A stretch of 32,000 bases of DNA from Caldimicrobium thiodismutans (GTDB lineage Bacteria > Desulfobacterota > Thermodesulfobacteria > Thermodesulfobacteriales > Thermodesulfobacteriaceae), in contig NZ_AP014945.1 of the NCBI RefSeq assembly GCF_001548275.1, positions 840,001 to 872,000 on the forward strand. The letters run 5' to 3'. Below the pieces are notes generated by a model. The model was not told the origin of the DNA, did no database searches, and saw only the letters and a program-made list of their open reading frames with translations. Position numbers and translations under genes: made by a program. Shown in pieces: positions 8,979-15,865 of the stretch. The number at the start of each line of letters is the position of its first letter. Position 1 is the first letter of the stretch.

Positions 8979-9850
8979 CAAAGATTAGCACAAAAAGACC
9001 TAAGGACCTCTCTTAAAGCTGGATCCTTTAGGGCATAATGTAAGGTAGCCTCAAAAAATCCTTTCGGATTTCCTGTATCAAGCCTTTTTCCCTGAAAGAG
9101 ATAGCCATAAACAGGATAACCGTCCTCAATCATTTTTTGAATAGCATCTGTCAGCTGATATTCTCCAGAGATCTTCGGAATCTCCTTGAGATATTTAAAA
9201 ATTATGGGATCAAAGATATATCTTCCAATGATGGAAAGATTAGATGGAGCCTCCTCTATTGAGGGTTTTTCAACAACTTTTTTTATTAAGATAAGATCAT
9301 CTGAAAGTCTTTCTCCATCAATTATGCCATATTTAGAAACATCTTCTAAAGGAACCTCTTCTAAGGCAATAATACTATGTTCTCTGGTTTTAGAGGAAAG
9401 CTCAAGATAGCGCTCATTCATCTGTCTTAAGCAGGGTATATCGCTATCCACAAGGTCGTCTCCCAGAATAACTGCAAAGGGCTCATCACCAACCAGTCTT
9501 TCTGACATCAGAACAGCATGCCCAAGGCCCTGGGGTATCTTTTGCCGAATGGAACTTAAATATTTAATCTTCTCTTCCACTTCTTCAACCAGCTTTAAAA
9601 GGGCCTCTTTGTTTCTGTCCTTAAGAAATTTTTTTAAACCCAGATCTATATCAAAATAATCAAGTATGGCTTCTTTTCCGTAGGAGATGACAAAAATAAG
9701 GCTATCAAGGCCTGAGGCAATAACTTCATCTACCACATACTCAATGACAGGGCGATTGAGAAGGGGTAGAAGCTCCTTAGGTATGACCTTTGTAACAGGA
9801 AGCATCCGAGTTCCAAACCCAGCAACAGGTAAAACAGCTTTTCTGATCAT
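8978..9850 (-). CDS. galU: UTP-glucose-1-phosphate uridylyltransferase
   Basis: N-terminus KAVLPVAGFGTRMLPVTKVIPKELLP and length are typical of GalU. ATGA overlap with the upstream gene. Confidence 0.85.
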   Translation of the reverse strand: MIRKAVLPVAGFGTRMLPVTKVIPKELLPLLNRPVIEYVVDEVIASGLDSLIFVISYGKEAILDYFDIDLGLKKFLKDRNKEALLKLVEEVEEKIKYLSSIRQKIPQGLGHAVLMSERLVGDEPFAVILGDDLVDSDIPCLRQMNERYLELSSKTREHSIIALEEVPLEDVSKYGIIDGERLSDDLILIKKVVEKPSIEEAPSNLSIIGRYIFDPIIFKYLKEIPKISGEYQLTDAIQKMIEDGYPVYGYLFQGKRLDTGNPKGFFEATLHYALKDPALREVLRSFCANL

Positions 9851-10302
9851 ATAGATCCCTCAAGAAGTTTATTCAGAGTAGTAAAATAGGGTTTGTAAAG
9901 GTGTTCCCAATAAGCTTTGGCTTTTGAAAGGATCTTTTCAAAATCTTTAATATCTTTTTCATTTAAAATGAGATTTACAGAAAATAAAAACATCTCTTTT
10001 ATATCCATTGTATTCAAATTAGGTGAAATAAAGACTATAAAAATATTTCTTCTTTTTTCAATAACTATACCATCTAATATTGTTTTAGCTTCCTTAAGCT
10101 TATCCAGAGTTTTTACACCAACGATGAAGTAACGGACATCAACCATTTTTATCCATTCCAGAAATTCCTCAATAGAAGAAATAGATCTAATCTCAGTTTC
10201 TCCTTGTAGGGCTTGAAAAATAGGATCTGGTTTAGAGTCCAACTCCCAAAGGATTAAGGTTACTGGTTTTTCAAGAAGAAGATCCTTTAATTCCAAGGTC
10301 AT
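9847..10302 (-). CDS. hypothetical 151-aa protein; alternating beta/alpha pattern may indicate a degenerate receiver-like fold
   Basis: ATGA start/stop overlaps on both sides (pilT-like gene upstream, galU downstream) argue for a translated gene. No family motif recognised. Confidence 0.55.
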   Translation of the reverse strand: MTLELKDLLLEKPVTLILWELDSKPDPIFQALQGETEIRSISSIEEFLEWIKMVDVRYFIVGVKTLDKLKEAKTILDGIVIEKRRNIFIVFISPNLNTMDIKEMFLFSVNLILNEKDIKDFEKILSKAKAYWEHLYKPYFTTLNKLLEGSI

Positions 10303-11462
10303 TTCACACCTTTCCCAAGAATTTCCAAATTAGTTGGAGTTTCTTCTCTTCTTTTTTGTTTTTTGATGAGTTCAATCTGTCTGCCTACAATATCCTTTCT
10401 AAGAGCATGATAATAAGCTATATCTTCTTCAATAAGACCTTGATCATAAAGTTCAATAAGATTCTGGTCAAAGGTGCGCATACCAAAGGGACCACCTTGG
10501 GTCATTATATCATAAAAGGTCCTTCCTTCGGATTCGCCTGTCATAATAATTTCTTTGGAACGCAGATTGTTATAAAGAATATCAAAAACAGCAACTCTTC
10601 CGCCTCCGATTTTGGGCAAAAGTTTTTGCCCCACAACCCATCTTAGGGCTGAAGAAAGTCTTTGTCTAATCTGGTTTTCTTCATCTTTATCATAAAAGCC
10701 AATTATTCTATTAATAGTCTGTCCAGCCCCTATAGTATGAAGAGTGGAAAAGACAAGATGTCCTGTTTCAGCAGCGGTTAAAGCGATATCCATGGTCTCG
10801 CGATCACGAATTTCTCCAACAAGGATTACATGAGGAGCTTCTCTTAAAGCAGCTCTCAGGCCCTCTGCATAACTTGAAAAATCTGTTCCAAGCTCACGCT
10901 GATTTATCGTTGCCCTTATGGGCTTGTGAAGATATTCAATAGGATCTTCAAGAGTAAGAATATGCACAGGTTCATTTTTATTTATTTCATTTAATATGGC
11001 AGCCAAAGAGGTAGTTTTACCCTGGCCCGTTGCACCTGTAACAAGGATTATTCCAAACTTTTCATTGGCGATTTTATAAAAAACCTGAGGTAGAGACAGT
11101 TCTTCAATACTTTTCACTTTACTTTCAAGTTTTCTCATAATAATATTATAAGTTTTTTGGCGACTGAAAATGTTGACTCTAAAGCGCGTATCATCATCTA
11201 AGAAGAAAGAAAAATCAGCATAACCATCTTGAAGAAGTTTTTTAAATAGAAAAGGTTTGTCTCTCAACATGACAAAGGCAATTTCTTCCGCTTGAAAGGG
11301 ATTTAAGACCTCCACAGGATAATCCGATAAAAAGGCATTTTTCATTCTTCCGTAAACCATAATCTGAAAGGGATATCCCGAAAGGATAAAAATATCAGAA
11401 ATTCCGGGTTCTAAAAATGCTAAGGATTTAACAATTTTCTTGATCTCAGTTTCGGTTAGCAT
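10299..11462 (-). CDS. PilT/PilU-family type IV pilus retraction ATPase (second paralogue)
   Basis: GATGQGKTT Walker A, LTLEDPIE, ILVGEIRD, FSTLHT motifs. Confidence 0.8.
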   Translation of the reverse strand: MLTETEIKKIVKSLAFLEPGISDIFILSGYPFQIMVYGRMKNAFLSDYPVEVLNPFQAEEIAFVMLRDKPFLFKKLLQDGYADFSFFLDDDTRFRVNIFSRQKTYNIIMRKLESKVKSIEELSLPQVFYKIANEKFGIILVTGATGQGKTTSLAAILNEINKNEPVHILTLEDPIEYLHKPIRATINQRELGTDFSSYAEGLRAALREAPHVILVGEIRDRETMDIALTAAETGHLVFSTLHTIGAGQTINRIIGFYDKDEENQIRQRLSSALRWVVGQKLLPKIGGGRVAVFDILYNNLRSKEIIMTGESEGRTFYDIMTQGGPFGMRTFDQNLIELYDQGLIEEDIAYYHALRKDIVGRQIELIKKQKRREETPTNLEILGKGVK

Positions 11463-11465
11463 AGC

Positions 11466-12557
11466 TTAGCCCGGTAACTCGGTAAAATCAATAGCCTCTT
11501 TGTTTTGGACAAAATTAATAAATCGTGTTTTATCTATAGCCTTAATAAAGGCTTCCTCAGGACTAATAATATTTCGATTTAGATAATCCATAATTACATC
11601 ATCTAAACTCATCATGCCGTATTTTTTTCCAGTTTGAATCATGGAAGGAATCTGGTGAATTTTACCCTCCCGGATAAGGTTCCTTACAGCAGGAGTTGCA
11701 ATAAGGATTTCTGTAGCTACAATTCTTCCTGGACGATCAACTCTCTTAAACATGGTCTGTGAAATCACAGCACGAATAGCTTCTGAGAGGGTAGTTCTAA
11801 TCTGGGCCTGCTCATCCGCAGGAAAGACATCAATGATACGGTTAATGGTCTGAGCAGCTGAGATGGTATGGAGTGTAGAAAAGACCACATGTCCTGTAAG
11901 GGTGGCCTCAATAGCTAAAGCAATCGTCTCTCTATCTCTCATTTCTCCAACAAGGATAATATCTGGATCTTCTCTAAGGGCAGCTCTTAGAGCATTTGCA
12001 AAACTTTTAGTATGAGTTCCAAGTTCCCTCTGGTTAACAAGACAATTTTTGGATTCATGCACAAATTCTATGGGATCTTCAATGGTTATAATATGATCAT
12101 AGCGCATTCTATTAGCATAATCAATTACTGCAGCCAATGTAGTTGATTTTCCAGATCCTGTTGGACCAGTGACGAGAATTAAGCCCTTAGGTAGTAGGGC
12201 AAGTTTGTTCAAAATTTGAGGAAGCCCTAATTCCTCTACAGTTTTCACTTTAGTAGGAATAATTCTGAAGGCTGCAGCTATTCCTCTTCTCTCCTTATAA
12301 TAATTTACCCTGAAGCGGGCAAGACCAGGTAATTCAAGACCAAAATCAACTTCTCCTTCTTCTTCAAAACGCTTTATTATCTCTTCAGGGGCAATTTCAT
12401 AAAGCATCTCTCTTAGTTCATCTTCATTTAAGTTTTTATATTTAATCCTCTGAAGGTCTCCATGGAGCCTGATAAGGGGAGGATTACCAACAGAGAGGTG
12501 AAGGTCTGATGCCCCTGTATCTACCATTAATTTGAAAAAGGGATCCAGCTTGGCCAT
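11466..12557 (-). CDS. pilT: twitching motility ATPase PilT
   Basis: ASDLHL, GPTGSGKSTT, ITIEDPIEF, ILVGEMRD, FSTLHT, AxxRNLIREGK motifs. RBS AGGAGGAGG. Confidence 0.9.
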   Translation of the reverse strand: MAKLDPFFKLMVDTGASDLHLSVGNPPLIRLHGDLQRIKYKNLNEDELREMLYEIAPEEIIKRFEEEGEVDFGLELPGLARFRVNYYKERRGIAAAFRIIPTKVKTVEELGLPQILNKLALLPKGLILVTGPTGSGKSTTLAAVIDYANRMRYDHIITIEDPIEFVHESKNCLVNQRELGTHTKSFANALRAALREDPDIILVGEMRDRETIALAIEATLTGHVVFSTLHTISAAQTINRIIDVFPADEQAQIRTTLSEAIRAVISQTMFKRVDRPGRIVATEILIATPAVRNLIREGKIHQIPSMIQTGKKYGMMSLDDVIMDYLNRNIISPEEAFIKAIDKTRFINFVQNKEAIDFTELPG

Positions 12558-12593
12558 AGCCTCCTCCTAAAGCCCCCTAACCCACTTTTACAA

Positions 12594-12622
12594 AGTTTAG
12601 CCAAATTCTTACCAAAAGTCAA
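12594..12622 (-). promoter_or_regulatory. sigma70-like promoter TTGACT-N17-TAAACT for pilT, abutting the right end of repeat copy C0
   Basis: The minus strand reads CATACAAAATTC TTGACT tttggtaagaatttggc TAAACT. The -35 sits at the same distance from the repeat end as in the other copies. Confidence 0.4.
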
Positions 12623-12627
12623 GAATT

Positions 12628-12749
12628 TTGTATGCCCCCCATATCTTTTGAGAATCTATAGGATTTTTTCTACTACTTCTGTTGTAGGAAAATGAACTTT
12701 TCCCCTTTTTCCACCCTTCCTTTTTCTTTTAAGGATATGAACTTATGTA
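12628..12749 (-). repeat. intergenic repeat family, copy C0 (short form, inverted orientation)
   Basis: 12628-12697 is the reverse complement of the right ends of C1/C3 (gtatgc..catatcttttgaga..ttctactacttctgttgta..aatgaa). 12708-12749 is the reverse complement of the left end (ccacccttcctttttctt.taaggat.tgaacttatg). The central part is absent. Confidence 0.8.
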
Positions 12750-12976
12750 GAATTGTGAGTGTCCTCTATCTTATGGTTAACACTTTTTAGATAGGGCTTT
12801 AGTATCTCTATTGCCTCCTTCAATTTCTTAGAGGCCTCTCTTATAGCTTCAGCAAGAGCTTTACTCTCCTCTTCCTCTTCAGCCCTTTTAGCTAATTCTA
12901 AAAACTCTTGAGCATGTTCCTCAGTATGCTCTACAAAATGTGAGAGAATGTGCAATATTTTGATTAGCTTATCCAT
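12743..12976 (-). CDS. hypothetical 77-aa all-helical protein with an N-terminal His ladder (H-x3-H-x3-H-x3-H)
   Basis: Strong RBS GGAAGGAGG 4 nt before the ATG and a TATAAT box at 13007-13012 (minus strand). Segment HILSHFVEHTEEH. The TAA stop lies inside the terminal bases of repeat C0. Confidence 0.6.
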   Translation of the reverse strand: MDKLIKILHILSHFVEHTEEHAQEFLELAKRAEEEEESKALAEAIREASKKLKEAIEILKPYLKSVNHKIEDTHNST

Positions 12977-13070
12977 AAATCCTCCTTCCAGGAAAATAAA
13001 TACTTAATTATACCCCGAAAAAAAGTTTCTGGAAATTCTAAAATTAGAAAATTGAAATCACAGTCTTTTT

Positions 13071-13095
13071 AAGTTCAGGGCTTTTTGCATAAGTT
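13071..13095 (+). repeat. fragmentary duplications of the repeat left end (aagttcag; tgcataagtt)
   Basis: Short matches to the left terminus lie immediately 5' of copy C1, separated by T-runs. Confidence 0.3.
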
Positions 13096-13111
13096 TTTTT
13101 TTGGTTTTTTT

Positions 13112-13378
13112 TGCATAAGGTCAGATCCTTACAAGAAAAAGGAAGGATGGTAAGAGGTAAGAGGTAAGAGGTGAGAGGTAAGAGGTGAAAATGTGAGAGG
13201 TGAAAGTAGGAGGAGCCCCTTGCGTGCCTGACTAATCCTTACCTGTCTACCCAAGAATATAAAGAACCACATAACAGGCAAACACATAGGATTGTCCCTA
13301 CAAAATACAGGTTCATTTACTTACAACCGAAGTAGGAGAAAAATCTTCTTAAGTCTCAAAAGATATGGACTTATACAA
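13112..13378 (+). repeat. intergenic repeat family, copy C1 (long form)
   Basis: Aligns end to end with 30989-31205 apart from two indels. Left end tgcataaggtcagatccttacaagaaaaaggaagg; right end agtctcaaaagatatggacttatacaa. Confidence 0.85.
13149..13205 (+). repeat. tandem heptamer array (GGTAAGA/GGTGAGA), about 8 units, inside C1
   Basis: Direct reading: ggtaaga ggtaaga ggtaaga ggtgaga ggtaaga ggtgaaa atgtgaga ggtgaaa. Confidence 0.9.
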
Positions 13379-13382
13379 GGGC

Positions 13383-13410
13383 TTGAGTCCTTTAAAAAAA
13401 GTTGTATCTT
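13383..13410 (+). promoter_or_regulatory. promoter TTGAGT-N16-TATCTT carried at the outer edge of C1; probable leaderless queC transcript
   Basis: Homologous to 31210-31237 (TTGATA-N16-TATCTT). The -10 ends 6 nt before ATG 13417 and there is no SD. Confidence 0.4.
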
Positions 13411-13416
13411 TAAAGT

Positions 13417-14082
13417 ATGCAAAAAGAGCTTGCTGTTGTGCTTTTGAGTGCTGGAATGGATAGTGCAGTCTGTGCAAGTGTGGCAAGTCTTAATTTTCGC
13501 CTGGCCCTACTTCATGTTCAATATGGACAAAGAACTGCTTTGAAGGAATTAGAATGTTTTTATAAACTCTGTGCCTATTTTCAGCCTGAGAAAAACTTCG
13601 TTGCCTCTGCTATGTTTCTAAAGGAAATAGGGGCTTCAAGTCTTACAGATGAAAGTAAGCCTATTCCCGAAAAAGAAGAACTCAGTATTCCCTCCACCTA
13701 TGTTCCCTTTAGGAATGGAATATTTCTAAGTATTGCCACAGCCTGGGCTGAAGCAATAGGAGCCACCCGTATTTTTATCGGAGTCAACCAGATTGACTTT
13801 TCTGGATATCCTGATTGTAGGGAATCCTTTCTTAAAGCCTTTAATCAAGCTATTCAGGAAGGCACTAAACCAGAGACCCATATCATCATTGAGGCCCCCC
13901 TTCTTCATCTCAGTAAAAAAGAAATCATACAATTAGGGATACAACTTAAAACCCCCTTTGAACTTACCTGGTCCTGCTATCAAAATACAGAGGTAGCCTG
14001 CGGAAGGTGTAGCTCCTGTAAGTTGAGGCTAAAAGCTTTTGAAGAGGCAAATCTTAAGGACCCCATTCCCTATCAATTATGA
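13417..14082 (+). CDS. queC: 7-cyano-7-deazaguanine synthase
   Basis: N-terminal VVLLSAGMDS PP-loop and C-terminal Zn cysteines (WSCY..CGRCSSCKLR). Confidence 0.9.
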   Translation: MQKELAVVLLSAGMDSAVCASVASLNFRLALLHVQYGQRTALKELECFYKLCAYFQPEKNFVASAMFLKEIGASSLTDESKPIPEKEELSIPSTYVPFRNGIFLSIATAWAEAIGATRIFIGVNQIDFSGYPDCRESFLKAFNQAIQEGTKPETHIIIEAPLLHLSKKEIIQLGIQLKTPFELTWSCYQNTEVACGRCSSCKLRLKAFEEANLKDPIPYQL

Positions 14083-14447
14083 CACGGCTCTTTGAGTGCC
14101 AGAGGTGTGGAGCTTGCTGTCAAGGAGAAAGCACCGTCAGTTTATCTCCGGAAAAGATTGAGGAAATTGCAGAATTTTTAAATCTTTCCAAGGAAGAGCT
14201 TTTTCATAAATATCTAATTAAAAAGGGTAAAAATCGTATAGAAATGAAGACCAAAAATGGGGCTTGCATATTTTATGATAGAAAAAGAAAAAGCTGCCAG
14301 ATTCATCCTGTCAAACCAGAAAAATGTAAAGAATGGCCCTTCCCACCCTCTATCTTTACAGACAAAAAAAACTTTCTTATTATTCAAAATTCTTGTCAAG
14401 GCTTAAAAAAACTTTCTTATGAGGATTTAAAAACTACAAAATCTTGA
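14079..14447 (+). CDS. YkgJ-family cysteine-cluster protein (CxxCxxCC Zn/Fe-chelating domain)
   Basis: FECQRCGACCQGE at the N-terminus plus later Cys residues. ATGA overlap with the queC stop. Confidence 0.7.
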   Translation: MTRLFECQRCGACCQGESTVSLSPEKIEEIAEFLNLSKEELFHKYLIKKGKNRIEMKTKNGACIFYDRKRKSCQIHPVKPEKCKEWPFPPSIFTDKKNFLIIQNSCQGLKKLSYEDLKTTKS

Positions 14448-14460
14448 CAAACTATAAAAT

Positions 14461-14469
14461 TGTTATAAC
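14461..14469 (+). promoter_or_regulatory. possible extended -10 (TGtTATAAC) upstream of the fur-family gene, overlapping an 8-bp palindrome GTTATAAC
   Basis: TTGACA at 14444-14449 is only 14 nt away, so an extended -10 is the better reading. Operator function is speculative. Confidence 0.25.
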
Positions 14470-14504
14470 TTGATATCTAAATTAAAATTAGAAGAGGTGA
14501 TAAA

Positions 14505-14924
14505 ATGAAAGAAATGGCTAAGAAACTCTCTTATTACAAGAGCCTTGGATTAAAGCTTACGCCCCAGAGGCTTGCCATAATTGAATATTTAGAAAAAACG
14601 AAAGCGCATCCCTCAGCAGAGGATATCTATAATGCCCTTAAGGATCGTTTCCCCAGCATGTCCTTTGCAACTGTTTACAATACCCTTGAAGTCCTAATAG
14701 AAAAGGGAATGGTTAAAGAGCTTGGAATAGATAGCTCTAAGAAGAGATTTGACCCCTGTGTTCACAATCATCACCACTTCTTTTGTAAAAAATGTGGTAA
14801 AATTTTAGATGTAGAAAGAAATTTTGACATAGTTATTCCTGAAGAGCTTAAGGAGCATGAAGTAAATGACTTTCAGGTAGTGTTTAGTGGACTTTGTTCT
14901 GAATGTAAAAAAAACATCACTTAA
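14505..14924 (+). CDS. fur: Fur-family metalloregulator (Fur/Zur/PerR not resolvable by eye)
   Basis: TPQRLAIIEYL..HPSAEDIY..ATVYNTLEVL winged helix, HHHFFCKKCGK and CSECK metal sites. RBS AAGAGGTGA. Confidence 0.85.
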   Translation: MKEMAKKLSYYKSLGLKLTPQRLAIIEYLEKTKAHPSAEDIYNALKDRFPSMSFATVYNTLEVLIEKGMVKELGIDSSKKRFDPCVHNHHHFFCKKCGKILDVERNFDIVIPEELKEHEVNDFQVVFSGLCSECKKNIT

Positions 14925-14935
14925 AAGGGGCTTAA

Positions 14936-15787
14936 ATGAAAATAGGTTTTATTGGTCTTGGAAATTTAGGTAAAGAGATTGCTAAGAGGATCTTACAGGC
15001 TGGATTTGAACTTTTGGTTTGGAATAGGACTCCTGATAAGGCAAAAGATCTTAACTGCGAGATTGCCTCTTCTCCCCAAGAGATTGCTGAAAGATGTGAG
15101 AGCATATTTTTAATTGTTTTTGATAGCCCTGCCTCAAAGGAGGTAATTTTTGGGGAAAAGGGATTAAGTTCAGCAAATCTTACTGGAAAGACTATTATTG
15201 ATATGACCACCAATAACCCCTTTTATGTGAATGAGAGTGCACAAAAACTTAAAGAGAAAGGGGCATATTATCTGGATGCCCCTGTGCTTGGAAGTGTAAT
15301 TCCTGCAAGAAAAGGGGAACTAACCCTTCTTGTAGCTGGTGATAAGGGGAAGTTTTCTGCTCATTATGAAATTTTTCAAAGCTTTGCCAAAAATATTTAC
15401 CATTTTGAGGAGCCTGGTCAGGCAAGCAGGCTTAAATTGATAAATAACCTTATTTTAGGAACCTTCATGTCTGCTATTGCTGAGGCAATTGCCCTTGGAG
15501 AAAAATTAGGGTTTAAAAAGGAGCTTCTTATCGAGATCCTTGGTAATGGTGCAGGAAAATCCATGCTTCTTGAAGTAAAAAAGAATAAGCTTCTTGAAGA
15601 AGATTTTTCAACTCACTTTAGTATAGACCTTATGTATAAAGATCTCCATTATTTACAAGCCTTACTTAAGGAGAGCCAAGAAGTCTCATTTGTGACGGCA
15701 ACCATAAAGGAGCTTTACGGTCTGGCCAGAAAAAAAGGCTTGGGTTCCCTTGACTTTTCAGTCATTTACAAGGTCTTTAAAGACTAA
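14936..15787 (+). CDS. NAD(P)-dependent oxidoreductase, 3-hydroxyisobutyrate/6-phosphogluconate dehydrogenase family
   Basis: MKIGFIGLGNLGKEIA Rossmann start, ~283 aa, central LINN..G motif region. Confidence 0.75.
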   Translation: MKIGFIGLGNLGKEIAKRILQAGFELLVWNRTPDKAKDLNCEIASSPQEIAERCESIFLIVFDSPASKEVIFGEKGLSSANLTGKTIIDMTTNNPFYVNESAQKLKEKGAYYLDAPVLGSVIPARKGELTLLVAGDKGKFSAHYEIFQSFAKNIYHFEEPGQASRLKLINNLILGTFMSAIAEAIALGEKLGFKKELLIEILGNGAGKSMLLEVKKNKLLEEDFSTHFSIDLMYKDLHYLQALLKESQEVSFVTATIKELYGLARKKGLGSLDFSVIYKVFKD

Positions 15788-15801
15788 AGCCTCTCCCCTT
15801 G

Positions 15802-15865
15802 GATAAGTTCATATCCTTACAGGAAAAAAGTTGTCTCTTCTAAAAAGGGATTATGTCCAAAAAAA
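15802..15865 (+). repeat. possible degenerate mini-copy of the repeat (C2')
   Basis: gataagttcatatccttacaggaaaaaag matches the left end and shares the catatcc variant with short copy C0. It is followed by gtctcttctaaaaagggattatgtcc, which resembles the right end gtctcaaaagatatggac. Confidence 0.35.

Noticed and set aside
12623-12755. Target-site duplication (AATTC on both sides of copy C0)
   Set aside because: The other copies show no matching direct repeats at equivalent boundaries, and the exact element ends are uncertain. A 5-mer match in AT-rich DNA is weak evidence.
13149-13205. Heptamer array as a CRISPR or TIGR-like guide array
   Set aside because: The units are 7 nt and contiguous, with no spacers, and no cas/tas-like gene is nearby. 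It is a simple microsatellite inside a larger repeat.
13141-13215. Array as a CsrA (GGA) or TRAP (GAG/UAG every 5 nt) binding sponge
   Set aside because: GGA motifs occur only at the flanks and are not conserved in C3. GAG spacing follows a 7-nt period rather than the 5-nt TRAP period.
13379-13416. preQ1 riboswitch upstream of queC
   Set aside because: Only about 6 nt separate the predicted -10 from the ATG, and no preQ1-I/II-like hairpin with an A-rich tail is visible.
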